Origin: Octopus sinensis
Taxonomy: Eukaryota
Length of the DNA stretch: 64,000 nt
Assembly (NCBI RefSeq): GCF_006345805.1
Contig: NC_043020.1
Location: forward strand, 19,034,001-19,098,000
Reading direction: 5' to 3'
Position 1 is the first letter of the stretch; the number at the start of each line of letters is the position of its first letter. The notes beneath the pieces were generated by a model. The model saw only the letters and a list, made by a program, of their open reading frames with translations, made no database searches and was not told the DNA's origin. Shown here in pieces: positions 1-11,061 of the stretch. Position numbers and translations under genes: made by a program.

Positions 1-970
1 ACACACCACGTGGCAGTGCGACTTCGCTGGACGCCGCCGGTCAGCATACTAATACCTGAGGGTCGCATCAAGTGACTTCTAGCGCAGAAGCCTGAACTAA
101 AATTTGTCCCACTGAGAACGTTTTCGTTTACTTTTGGATACCTCTTCGTATGTCAATAAAATTAATTCATTGTAGGATTCCTGTGAATCAAGGTATTCTA
201 ACATTCAGGACACCAACCAAGGATCGCGTTCAGCGCATGCGTGCATATATCACATGCAAATACAGTCGTACACACCCGTACGAGTACGGACATATTCATA
301 CACTTACATCCGCATGTACGTGCACACAGAAATATACACACATATATAAATATACTTATACATGTAAGTATATACCCATGTACACAGGCATGCAGGTTCA
401 CGACCCAATGCAAGTTCCAGATCCGACATAGGGAAGCTTCTAGGTATGGTGCTTGCATAAAATAAGTATACAAATGGATTAAAGATTCACTACAGCTGTT
501 TCAGACGCATTTTATTTTTATTGCTGAATAATTTGATTGCATCATGAAGGGAGCCTTTTTAGCTTCTCTTCCCTTTCATCCTTTTTTCTGTTTCCCTGTC
601 TTCTCCTCGCCCTTTATCTCTGGTTATCTACCTAATCCCTTTTAAAGAAATAAATTAGTTGTGACATTGTCGGATGATTGTTTTATCATCCATTGACCTC
701 TGACATCTTAGCCGGTTAAATCTATCAAACCCTTGGTGTATTTTCACTCTCTTCCATGATGTCAAAATAGGAAGGTGATTTCACATTCCACATCTTGTGG
801 TATTTTTTCTTTGAACCAAAGTTAAAATTTTTACTTCATCTGAAGAAAACAGTTTTTTCATGATACATTCGAATTATTCATCAGTAATAAACGTGTCAGA
901 AACCTTTAACCCACTATCCCATTTGTATTCGTATTTTACAATATATATATGTAAATAAATAAATAAATAA

Positions 971-1054
<84 letters not shown>

Positions 1055-1220
1055 AACGGCGGTGGTGCTCCAACAAGGTCGCAGCTATCGAGCTGAAAGT
1101 AGTTAAATAGTTAAAGAGTATATATATATATTTATAAGTTTATATTTATGCACACAAACGCGTATATATATATATGCATACATACATATATATATAATTA
1201 TTATAATTATTTTATTATTA

Positions 1221-1784
1221 TTAACTATATATATATATATATAAACTAGAAATATTGAATTTCTAAAACTCTCAGAGAGACATGCGGGGTGGTGGAGCGA
1301 TATAGTAGTTGTATACTGTCAACTCAATGTGACAGTCCCGTAAGGGAATTACACCACCGCCATTTAGCCCTAGGAAACATCGACGTTTCCTATCGGCTTT
1401 GACACATTTTCTGTCTCCTTATATTAGCAAAGGGGAAGCAATCACCCCCGCCAGCTGGGACTAGCACCTGAAGACATATGTTTCTGAGTGTATAGCTCGT
1501 CATCAGTCAAGGGTAGTAAGTCTCGCTCGCTGAGATGACTAGTCCCAGCTAGCGGGGGTGATTGCCTTCCCTTTGCAAATATAAGGACACAGAAAATGTG
1601 TCAAAGCCGACGGGAAACGTCGATGTTTCCTAGGGCTAAATGGCGGTGGTGTAATTCCCTTACGGCACTGTCACGTTGAGTTGAAGGTATACAACCACTA
1701 TATCGCTCCACCACCGCTCATGTCTCTCTGAGACATTTAGGAATTCAATATTACTAATTTAAATATATATATATATATAGTTAA
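1221..1784. repeat. Long fold-back inverted repeat (~244-bp arms, 74-bp spacer) flanked by (TA)n/(AAT)n; probable inverted PLE pseudo-LTR
   Basis: Arm 1221-1464 is the reverse complement of 1539-1784 with scattered mismatches (e.g. ctcagagagacatg / catgtctctctgag; gggactag / ctagtccc). Confidence 0.95.
1467..1512 (-). ncRNA. Type I hammerhead ribozyme, slightly decayed, in fold-back spacer
   Basis: Minus strand ccttga-CTGATGA-c-gag-ctataca-ctc-a-GAAAC-atat-GTC-ttcagg; palindromic loop 3; stem I imperfect. Confidence 0.65.
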
Positions 1785-1793
1785 TAATAATAA

Positions 1794-1850
<57 letters not shown>

Positions 1851-2049
1851 TATATATATAGTAATACTAAGTAATTAAGGGTTCAGCAACGATTTGCCTC
1901 ACCACACACCGAATTTAGAAATAGCAGTCAAAAAGTTTTGGCTATTCTTTCTACTTAGAAGAGAGATCCCAGTAAAACCAAAGCACTTAAAAAACAAACG
2001 ACGCAGGCAAAAGAGAAAGAAATGACGAAAATCATTCTATATTAAGTTA

Positions 2050-2140
2050 CCTACGGACGTACGTTTCGGAATTAAGTCATTGCAGAGCATAAAAATTAAA
2101 TAATTATGTCTTACCTGACTATTTTCCTCCTCAGCGTAGG
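2050..2140 (-). ncRNA. Type I hammerhead ribozyme, fully paired
   Basis: Minus strand cctacg-CTGAGGA-ggaa...ttcc-GAAAC-gtac-GTC-cgtagg; perfect 6-bp stem I, 4-bp stem II base, GUC cleavage triplet. Confidence 0.85.
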
Positions 2141-2282
2141 ACTCTTCAATTATAAATAATTGCGTCTCAATTATTAATAATTGTGTATTAAATTTGAAGG
2201 CACTAGAAGACATCACCTCAACTCATGGTATCAGAGCGAGCGTAAGCCTTGCCAGTACCACCGAATATATATTTGTATAGGG

Positions 2283-2440
2283 AGAATTCACGAAAAAAAA
2301 ACCAACAAAAGACGAAGGCAGGTGGTGTAGAAAACAAACAGATGTATTAGCATAACGCTCAGGAATTAAAACATCTTTTATCTTTCGAGCCTACGCTCTT
2401 CCACAGAAAAAAACACAGAAAGAAACAAGGAGAGAAAAAA
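2283..2440 (-). mobile_element. PLE-LTR-like non-coding repeat with decayed minimal HHR (related copies 9241-9445 and ~53130-53300)
   Basis: Clear similarity to 9241-9445 (cgagcctacgctcttc; aaacaaggagagaaaaaaatg); minus-strand a-gagc-gtag-gctc-gaaa stem II motif. Confidence 0.65.
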
Positions 2441-2519
2441 ATGTGTGTAGTGGCTACCATTATTATTATTATTATTTTATTATCATTAACTATATATATA
2501 TATATATATATATATGTAT

Positions 2520-2551
<32 letters not shown>

Positions 2552-3127
2552 TAATAATAATAATAATAATAATAAACGTTTATATCTATACACACAAACA
2601 CATACAAACTGAATACACTATTTTAGTGTACCGTCTCCTCCATAACCTCGTTCTCTTTCCTCAACACCTCTCGTCCTACCTTCAGCTTCTGACACCTTCT
2701 CCCTTAATCCACATCCCTCCTCCTCTCTCATCTTCAAACCTTCTCCTCCTCCCCTTCATCTTTCCTCCACCATCCAGCCTCCTCCTTCTTCTCCTCCAGC
2801 TTGACAATATCAACCCTATTGTTCTCTTTGACACTTCGTTCCCTCCGGTCGAAACCACTTCACTTCACTCTACCACACATCAACTGGTATTGATGGAGAC
2901 TGATCGATATCTCGCCAACTCAACCACCGCCACCGCCACCAACGACAAAGACAATATAAAGCGTTTCATTGTCTTAGAAATGTCATTTGCCGGTTCCTTT
3001 CATCATTGAAATGTTAAATTTCTTTCATTCCTTAACATTATTTCAAGAATTACGGGGTTGTTGCTTGTTACTGGCTTATGTTGCTGTTGTTATTGTTGTT
3101 GTCGGTCTGTATGTATTTGTTTGGCAG

Positions 3128-3209
<82 letters not shown>

Positions 3210-4295
3210 ACGTTACACGTAATAAATATATGTGTGTGTGTGTGTATAAGTATATTACATATAAATTTTTGCATGTATGTATATATGCACAAGTGTGTTT
3301 GTGTCTATGTATACATACAAATACATAAATGTATAAATATGTTGACCTATGTTTCTACTTACCCACATACATACATGTGTGTGTGCGCGTATGTGTTTGT
3401 GTGTATTACACACATACATATACATTCTGTAATAAGCATACACACGCGGGCGCACACATACACACTTCTACATCTACATCTATGAATTAAATGTTAGGGG
3501 ATTTTCGATAATTATATGACAAAATCTATGTGGAGTTATTGTATAAAAAGTCTCGAAATGATATGGAGCAATATTTGACATCCGATATATGATAATATGT
3601 GATATTTGACATCTCATATATGTGATAGTATGTCATATTTGATATTTCGTATGATATTTTTATTGTTTCTTTATTACACCCTAACATTGTCGGCAAATAC
3701 TGCGTTATGTAGTTGCCCTAATGCTACACTAGTTATGCAAATTACGACAACACCGTTAGTGGCGACTTCAATGTCTATCATTTCAAGTCATTCTGATAAA
3801 GTGACATTCGATCATAATTCTACAAGTAACCTTTTGACGAGTCAAAGAAGGACACTCTACCCCAGGGTGAGGAGAGACCTCCGCCCGTAGGTGCAGTTGC
3901 GCCCGGGAGCCCATTTTACTGCGCCCGCAGGCTGGTATACTTGTATGTACAAAATATAGTCAATTTTTCAATTATAAAAGTTATACAAAACTCATATGCT
4001 TATTTGTGACATAGGTCGCAATTCCACTACGACTTTAAACGGTTAGACTCGAACAGAAAATTGTCCGGCAATTGCCATTTAAATGGAAATTTTGTTTTCA
4101 CTATAAAACATATATTGCTAGGTTTGTACCTCCCCCTTGAGACCCAACTACACTCTAACTGAAAAATATAGAATACCTCATAAGTAATGTAAACGTCCTA
4201 AATTCAGTGGCGACAGTGGAGTTATTGTATAACATCTTATCAATTTACGATAACCCAAACAATCTGTCATTATTCATTTTTAAAATTCTTTTACT

Positions 4296-4440
4296 CTTTT
4301 ATTTGCTTCAGTCATTTGACTGAAGCAATGTACTTATTCAATCAGTGTCCTTTGCCGATTGCTAAGATACGGGAACGTAAACACATCAGCACCGGTTGTC
4401 AAGCGGTAGTGGGGGACAAATACAAGCATAAAGACATACA
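4296..4440 (-). mobile_element. SINE family A, degenerate 3' part
   Basis: cagtcatttgactg...gggaacgtaaacac...ggttgtcaagcg matches full copies at 19545-19952 and 28095-28482. Confidence 0.75.
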
Positions 4441-4470
4441 CACACACGCACACATACACACACACGCACG

Positions 4471-4516
<46 letters not shown>

Positions 4517-4519
4517 ACA

Positions 4520-5280
4520 TACAGGGTGGGTGGAAAGTAATTAGGTATTAGAAATTACTTATAGAAGTTTTAGTATCACTGAAGTCAAGGCGAAAACATT
4601 TTTTAAACAGACAACACTAATGGCGATTTTTTAATTTTCTTATTATTTCTTATTTCTTATTTTGCAGGTAGCCGGTCGCTTCACCCATCAGGAGCGAGTT
4701 AAGATAGCATCATGCTATGAAGAATGGAATTCCATTGTTTTGGTTCAGAGATGGCAGTGTGCATGGAAAGGTAAGCATACAACACTACGTCCGGAGACAA
4801 TAAAAAGTTGTAATGCAAAGCTGATGACCACGGGCTCTGTGAACGATGCAAGAAGAAATGACCGTCCAACCACATCCCGATCAGTGGAGAACGAGGCAAC
4901 AGTGCAGGAAATGTATAATCGCAGCCTGCAAAAATTAACACGTCAAGTCCCAGGAAAGTGGACTAACAAGACACACAATACGTACGGTGCTGCATAAAGA
5001 ATTGAATTTCCTTCCGTGGAAGCCCCATTACGTGCAGGAGCTAAAACCTGAATACTGTGATCGCTGTAGTCCAGAACTCCAAGAAGTCCAGATCTCACTC
5101 CATGTGATTTTTACCTATGGTGTTGCACAAAAGAGAAGGTGTAGACGACAAAACCTCGCACACTGGAGGACTTGGAGACAGATTCAGGAGGTTCTCAATG
5201 ATAGCCCAGACGACGTCCTTTAGAAGGTCATTCATTCCATTCCTGGCCGTTTGAGGAAACTGGTTGACGCCACCGTTGAA
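4520..5280 (+). mobile_element. Tc1/mariner-superfamily remnant (DUF4817 HTH-type transposase), internally deleted
   Basis: TA-CAGGGTG terminus at 4520; ERVKIASCYEEWNSIVLVQRW...GSVNDARR..RP; LHKELNFLPWKPHYVQELKP; C-terminal IPGRLRKLVDAT; stops and frameshifts. Confidence 0.85.
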
Positions 5281-5324
5281 ATACGAAGATTTATTTTCAA
5301 TTTCCTATCTAATAAAGAACATGT

Positions 5325-5446
5325 ATCGACCCCGAAAGGATGAAAGGCAAAATCGACTCCGGCGACATTTTAACTTAGATCGTAAAGACGGACGAAATAC
5401 CGCTAAGCATTTTTCTATAAGGCTAACGATTCTGCCAGCTCGCACC
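5325..5446 (-). mobile_element. SINE family B, 5' part
   Basis: Reverse complement of gcgagctggcagaatcgttag...ctttcatcctttcggggtcgat. Confidence 0.85.
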
Positions 5447-5599
5447 TAAACAATTATTGCTGACTATTTTACTGCCTTGATTTCACTCACATTTGATAAA
5501 ACCGGGTTGAATAAGAACTGTATCAGAGTATTTTGTAAGCTAGAGCTAATATACATTGTTTTTCGATATCTTAGTTATAAATATTGCTCCAATAATGGA

Positions 5600-6070
5600 G
5601 GATTTTAAGTATATATTTTAAGCTTAAAAATGTCTTCATTTGTACTAAGGGAACTTAAACCATGATATTTAAAATGGCTACAAAATGCCAATCCCTGTTT
5701 CCCCAAACAGAGAACTGTATCTATAGTACGGAGAAGAATCATGGTGTTCTCTGTTTGTTTCCTTTCATCACGGTTCTGTTGTTGAACAAACAAAATTTGG
5801 CAGGGAAAAGATCTTTCTCCGTTTTTTCTTATATTTTAAAATTTTGTAACTTAAACAAAATGTCTTTCAACAAGTTTTGGATCTCTGCGATCATCCGGCT
5901 GATCTTCAAAAAGCCAACGAACAAAACAAAGTGTCGGGGTTTGATGTTAGTGAGTAAACCAGCCAAAGACTACTTATTTCCAAACCACTTATTCGTTGCA
6001 CTGAAATAACGATCAGCTTCATCTTTTGGAAAACTATCAAAATTATATAAGATCTAGCGGACAAGGACAT
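5600..6070 (-). mobile_element. hAT transposase remnant (TTF-type Zn finger / DUF4371 region)
   Basis: WLVYS...DTLFC and LLRTIDTVLCLGKQGLAF(C)SH resemble the hAT/ZMYM WL.YS..D..FC and L.kQgLAFRGH motifs. Confidence 0.75.
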
Positions 6071-6465
6071 GGCTAAAGAACCAGACATAGGCGATAAAAG
6101 GTTGCAGATGTTTCACAACATGAGTGTGAAGAAAGGTGTGGACCTGTAGGATATTCTGTATGTGTGTCAATGATGGCGAATCGTCTTACTACGTAATCCC
6201 CAACTTCTTGACGACAGTCTAATGAAATAGTCACCTCATCTTGGGGTTCCACTTATACCACCTGCGCAACCACTAACCCTTATACCAAAAATATGTACTA
6301 GTAAGTTGCTTAGAGGGTTCCAAATCAAGTACAACCATAATATTCTCCTTCCTCTAGGGTGATGGTCGGAGTTGTGGGGGAAAGGCTTTCAGAGGATTCT
6401 ATTTTTTGCTAAGCGGATGATGGTGAATGCTAGTCAAGTGAAAAGTAGACACCCAGTCTCAGACA

Positions 6466-6660
6466 TCTTTTATCTTTTATCTTATACTTTTTCCAGTCAT
6501 TAGACTGCGGTCATGCTGGGGTTCCACCTTGATGAATTTTTGTCGAATGAACCGACTTCAGTACTTTTTAAAGCCTTGTCCTTATTCTATCGGTCTATTT
6601 TGTCGAACCGCTAAGTTATGGGGACGTAAACACACCACACCGATTGGTTGGTGACAAACA
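6466..6660 (-). mobile_element. SINE family A, 3' part
   Basis: cagtcattagactgcggtcatgctgg...aaccgctaagttatggggacgtaaacac. Confidence 0.85.
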
Positions 6661-6721
<61 letters not shown>

Positions 6722-6725
<4 letters not shown>

Positions 6726-7990
6726 CCCCCACTAACAACAAACCAACCAAGCTCAACCTCATTAGTAGTAAACCCCAACCACGGAGCAGGTAGAAAAACT
6801 TGCAACTGCCGCGCATCTAAATTATGCCCTCTTGCAGGCTCCTATCTACACAAAAATGTGATCTACAAATGCCGTGTTATAACACCTCGCTTCCATCAAG
6901 CAAGGGTATATATCGACGGCACCGTAGATTCCAAGCGCCGCCACCGCGTACTCTTTCACTAATTCCAACTCTAAACTATCTATGTCCTTAGCAACGTACA
7001 TCCACAACCGCAAATCGCAAATATCCTGGTCCATAGTAAGTGAAGCTTCTAAATACAAGCAAATATCGGTAAGTGTAAGTTATGTCTAAAAGAATCATTA
7101 ACCATTCTTCGCCTTCACAACTTTTCATTACTTAATAGATTATCTGATGTTATTTATTCTTGTAAACACAGGTACTACACAACTTTCACGCACTTCGCTA
7201 AATCTATATAATCTTATAATAAACTTCCATACACCCCAAAAACCTTGATCTAAAACAAAGTCAGCCTTGCAACCAACAACTTAATGAATACTAACCCCCA
7301 CTTCTTATTCCTTCCCATACACACATCTCAAATTTCTTTCAAATCTTCAAATCAGCCACTTCCCACTTTCCAAAATCTCACTCCTTTGAAGACTAACCAA
7401 TCTACCTCTACCCTCCCTACCTACACCTCTATTCAATTTCATACTCCTCCCTTTACCACAACACCTCTCCAATACCAACCTAAGTCCTTCCTCCCACTAG
7501 CAGCTACTTTTGACCACCTCCTCACCCCCATCCTTAGCTACTGAACCAGTCAACTCATTTCCCCCAATCAATAACAAGCCATTTTCACAATCTCAACCTT
7601 TAACTCTATAGCCTTCATCCAAATTATCACAAAGGTCATCATTCACATACTACCTAAACCACCCGTCCCCCTTACTCCCATCTTACACCTCTATTACTAT
7701 CATTAGCCTCATTATAAATCATTACCCTGAAATCTATTTTCTCTGTCCACTACTCTTTATCTAAACACCCCCAACTCCCCTTCTAGCACAGTTCTCTACA
7801 AAATCATTCCATCTTTAAACTCCATCCTGTCAAAATCTCACATGTAAAATTCTTCAATGTAAAATTCTCCCCTGAAGATTGGGGAAGTGTTATCCGATAA
7901 TGGATCCAAGTAACTATCATTGCTCCGGACCATCCAGTCACCCCAGAAACAGCTGTTGTGCGCGTAAAACACTACCCATTTAACTCCTGA
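6722..7990 (+). mobile_element. Penelope-like element 3' end: decayed GIY-YIG endonuclease, pyrimidine-rich 3' region and HHR-bearing pLTR
   Basis: TCNCRASKLCPLAGSYLHKNVIYKCRV...VYIDGT..KRRHR; then YIHN..ISWSIV..ASKY..CKLCLKESLTI. Confidence 0.85.
7866..7960 (+). ncRNA. Decayed type I hammerhead ribozyme in the Penelope 3' region
   Basis: CTGAAGA (7872) t-tgggg...cccca GAAAC agct GTT (7946-7957); stem I poorly paired. Confidence 0.6.
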
Positions 7991-8190
7991 TATCATTTAT
8001 GTTCTGCCGGTCGAACTATTTTATATTCATACAAACTTATATTTTTCTATTAAATGTATTTGATATTCTGAGTAAAGCGACTTGCCTAACTTGCTTGTCA
8101 TTACTTTTACTCATCTGCCGGCTCAAGTTCAAGTCACTTGAGCACTTCGAATGCATTCTATATAGAGAACACTTATCTCTAACCTATATA

Positions 8191-8295
<105 letters not shown>

Positions 8296-8666
8296 TGTAT
8301 GTATGTATGTATGTATGTATGTTATGTGGTGTGTGTGTGTGTGTGTGGTATATATATAATATATGTATATATATATGTATATATATATAGGTATATATAT
8401 ATATATATATATACATACATACATACATACATATATATATATATATATGTACACACACACACACCACACATATATATATATATATATAATAACTCCAAGA
8501 AAGTTAGGGGAGTGAATCCAACCCACAAAGGATAATATCTATCCAAATATGCTGGTAGTAGAATACCCAATAATTAATTACACAGGTTTTTTTATTGCAT
8601 TGCAATTACATTACCTAGTGTATTAAATCGGTGAAGGTAAAGAGATATTTTTACCATTAATTTATA

Positions 8667-8847
8667 TTGCAAATAAAAAAATGGACGAGAACAATAGTTG
8701 GTTCATCAATGTTAGGACATTAAAAATGTAAACTTATTTATTAAACTGATAATTATAATAACATCAATTTAAATGAATAAGTTAAAACTTTTAATGTCCT
8801 AAAGTTGATGAACCAACTATTGTTCTCCTCCATTTTCTTATTTGCAA
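8667..8847. repeat. Inverted repeat, ~73-bp arms; third copy of the arm at 9457-9528
   Basis: ggacgagaacaatagttggttcatcaatgttaggac versus gtcctaaagttgatgaaccaactattgttctcctcc. Confidence 0.9.
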
Positions 8848-8873
8848 CATATATATATATATATATATATATA

Positions 8874-9063
8874 AATTTATATATAGAGGGCATTATACAT
8901 ACATGCCAGAAGGCATTATACATACATGCCAAACGCTAAGAGGGACAATAGTCATTTCTACCAAAAATATTTTGGTAGAAATGACTAATTGTCCCTCTTA
9001 GCGTTTGGCATGTATGTATAATGCCTTCTGGCATGTATGTATAATGCCCTCTATATATAAATT
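8874..9063. repeat. Near-perfect 190-bp palindrome
   Basis: Arms meet at ccaaaa-ata-ttttgg (8961-8975); each arm holds two tandem ggcattatacatacatgcc units. Confidence 0.95.
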
Positions 9064-9176
9064 AATATGTTCAATAAGAAATAATTATTTTCGAAATTTT
9101 TTCTCTTATGAGGTTTTTACGCTATCTACCTGACAATTTCTGTTAAGTTTTCCTTATTAATAGTTGTCCTTAATTG

Positions 9177-9244
<68 letters not shown>

Positions 9245-9544
9245 AAAGTTTACGAAAAATAAACAAAAGAAGAAGGCAGGTGGAGAGTACAAAACAAACA
9301 AATGCATTAGTGCGCTCAGGAATAGAAATAGAAAATGTCTTTTACGTTCGAGCCTACGCTCTTCGACACAAGATACACAGAAAAAACAAGTAGAGAAACA
9401 AGGAGAGAAAAAAATGCGTGAGGAGCTAACGATCTATCATGGCGTCTGATATATATATCAGTTTAATAAATAAGTTAACATTTTAATGTCCTAACGTTGA
9501 TGAACCAACTATTGTTCTCGTCCATTTTATATATGTATTATATA

Positions 9545-9594
<50 letters not shown>

Positions 9595-9603
9595 TATATA
9601 TAT

Positions 9604-9762
9604 ACAACAGGCCTCTTTTAGTTTCTGTCTACCAAATACACTACAAGGCTTTGGTTGGCCTGATGCTATAGTAGAAGACACTTGCCCAAGGTGTTACGCA
9701 GTGGGACTGAACTCGGAACCATGTGGATGGGAAGCAAGCGTCTTACCACACAGTCATGCTTG
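9604..9762 (-). mobile_element. SINE family A, 5' part
   Basis: tRNA-like head plus gcaccttgggcaagtgtcttctactatag-type core on minus strand. Confidence 0.85.
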
Positions 9763-10274
9763 CATCTATTTTGACGATTTTATTTTCTATATCTTACTAT
9801 TTCTCTTCTTCGTGTCTTAGCCAAACAACTTTTTTCTTCTTATTGGGTCTCTTCATCTCATTCCTCATCACTAGAAACAAAAATGTCTATGACAGCCTTT
9901 TTTTTCCCCTAATGAATCTTACAGAGAGATGTGATACAACAACCTCGTAACAAAACTAAAAAGCAGCTGGCTTTGCTATGTATATTTAATTAGTAGCAGT
10001 ACTCTACTACTAGTTGATCGTCAGGTGGCTTAGGTGTACTAGAAGTACACCAAGTCATTATATTTGTTTATGTCATAACAGACAATATCAGCGCCTGACA
10101 TGAATATATTAGACTAGTTTGATTTGGGACAGGAATCCTTGATTTCTCTTTAATGCTTGCTTATCAACAAACCCGTTATATAGATGCACGCTCATTTCTC
10201 TGATATGACGTAATAGGTTTCTTTACCTATAACATACTTAACTGTATTGCACATTCGTTATTGTTATCTTTCAG

Positions 10275-10486
10275 TGGCACCGTCATTATGCATAGCGTCT
10301 ACGTCTGAGGCTGTCAATTGTGACGTAAAAATGACGAAGCTCTACGAGATGATTCGGCATCAGAGACGTCACTACCTGTCTGTGTTAAACAGCTTCCCGC
10401 AGCTGCCGACGCATCTCATGGGACTAAGGACAGAACAAAGGACGCTGGGACTAATGAATTCAGAAAATTTCATGAAAGGCCACGCG
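10275..10486 (+). CDS. Candidate internal coding exon, unknown product
   Basis: Acceptor ttattgttatctttcag, 212-nt open frame (APSLC...KMTKLYEMIRHQRRHYLSVL...KGHA), donor gcg|gtaaag; no homology recognised. Confidence 0.25.
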
Positions 10487-10671
10487 GTAAAGGAAATGTA
10501 AACACCAGGTGGAGTAAAATGTAAGCAACGTTTTGAACCATGAAGAATTTGTACCGGATTTTTACAGCGTTTTGAATTTTTTTAAACAGTTTTTTGCCAT
10601 TGTCTGATAATACAGACATAGACTTGCCCAAATGCATCAATAAATTAACATTGATATTTTTTTTCACCGTT

Positions 10672-10817
10672 GGAGTGGCTGTGTGGTAAGTAGCTTGGTT
10701 ACGAGCCACATAGTTCCGGGTTCAGTCCCACTGCGTGGCACCTTGGGCAAGTGTCTTATACTATAGCCTCGGGCCGACCAAAGCTTTGTGAGTGGATTTG
10801 GTAGACGGAAACTGAAA
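10672..10817 (+). mobile_element. SINE family A, 5' part (tRNA head and CORE-like domain)
   Basis: ggagtggctgtgtggtaag (A box), ggttcagtccc (B box), gcaccttgggcaagtgtctt. Confidence 0.9.
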
Positions 10818-10842
10818 GTATTTCATTTATATCTCGCGTATG

Positions 10843-10901
10843 TGCCGCTGAAGAGGGGAAAATTTCTTGTGAATTAACCCCGAAATTGGACCAATACGGT
10901 A
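10843..10901 (+). ncRNA. Type I hammerhead ribozyme, fully paired
   Basis: tgccg-CTGAAGA-gggg...cccc-GAAA-ttgg-a-ccaa-TA-cggta; 5-bp stem I (one GU), 4-bp stem II, AUA triplet. Confidence 0.75.
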
Positions 10902-11020
10902 ATAACGAATTTTTTAGAGATTTCTATCGGTTTGTTTCGAGACGCATAAATTTAATGGTTATAGACAATTTTTTGTTTCGGCGTATCTGGCATCAGAAAT
11001 TTTCTTCTGGCCTATCTTGT

Positions 11021-11048
<28 letters not shown>

Positions 11049-11061
<13 letters not shown>

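Noticed and set aside
486-548. GAAAC-agct-GTA hammerhead 3' half on minus strand
   Set aside because: The CUGANGA core is disrupted; too decayed to list as a feature
839-905. CTGAAGA on plus and CTGATGA...GAAA on minus
   Set aside because: Stems I and II cannot be paired on either strand
3606-3890. ORF resembling a signal peptide plus Ser/Thr-rich ectodomain
   Set aside because: Begins at a TTG inside AT-rich tandem repeats bounded by a short inverted repeat (3490-3499 / 3679-3688); no homology or supported splice structure
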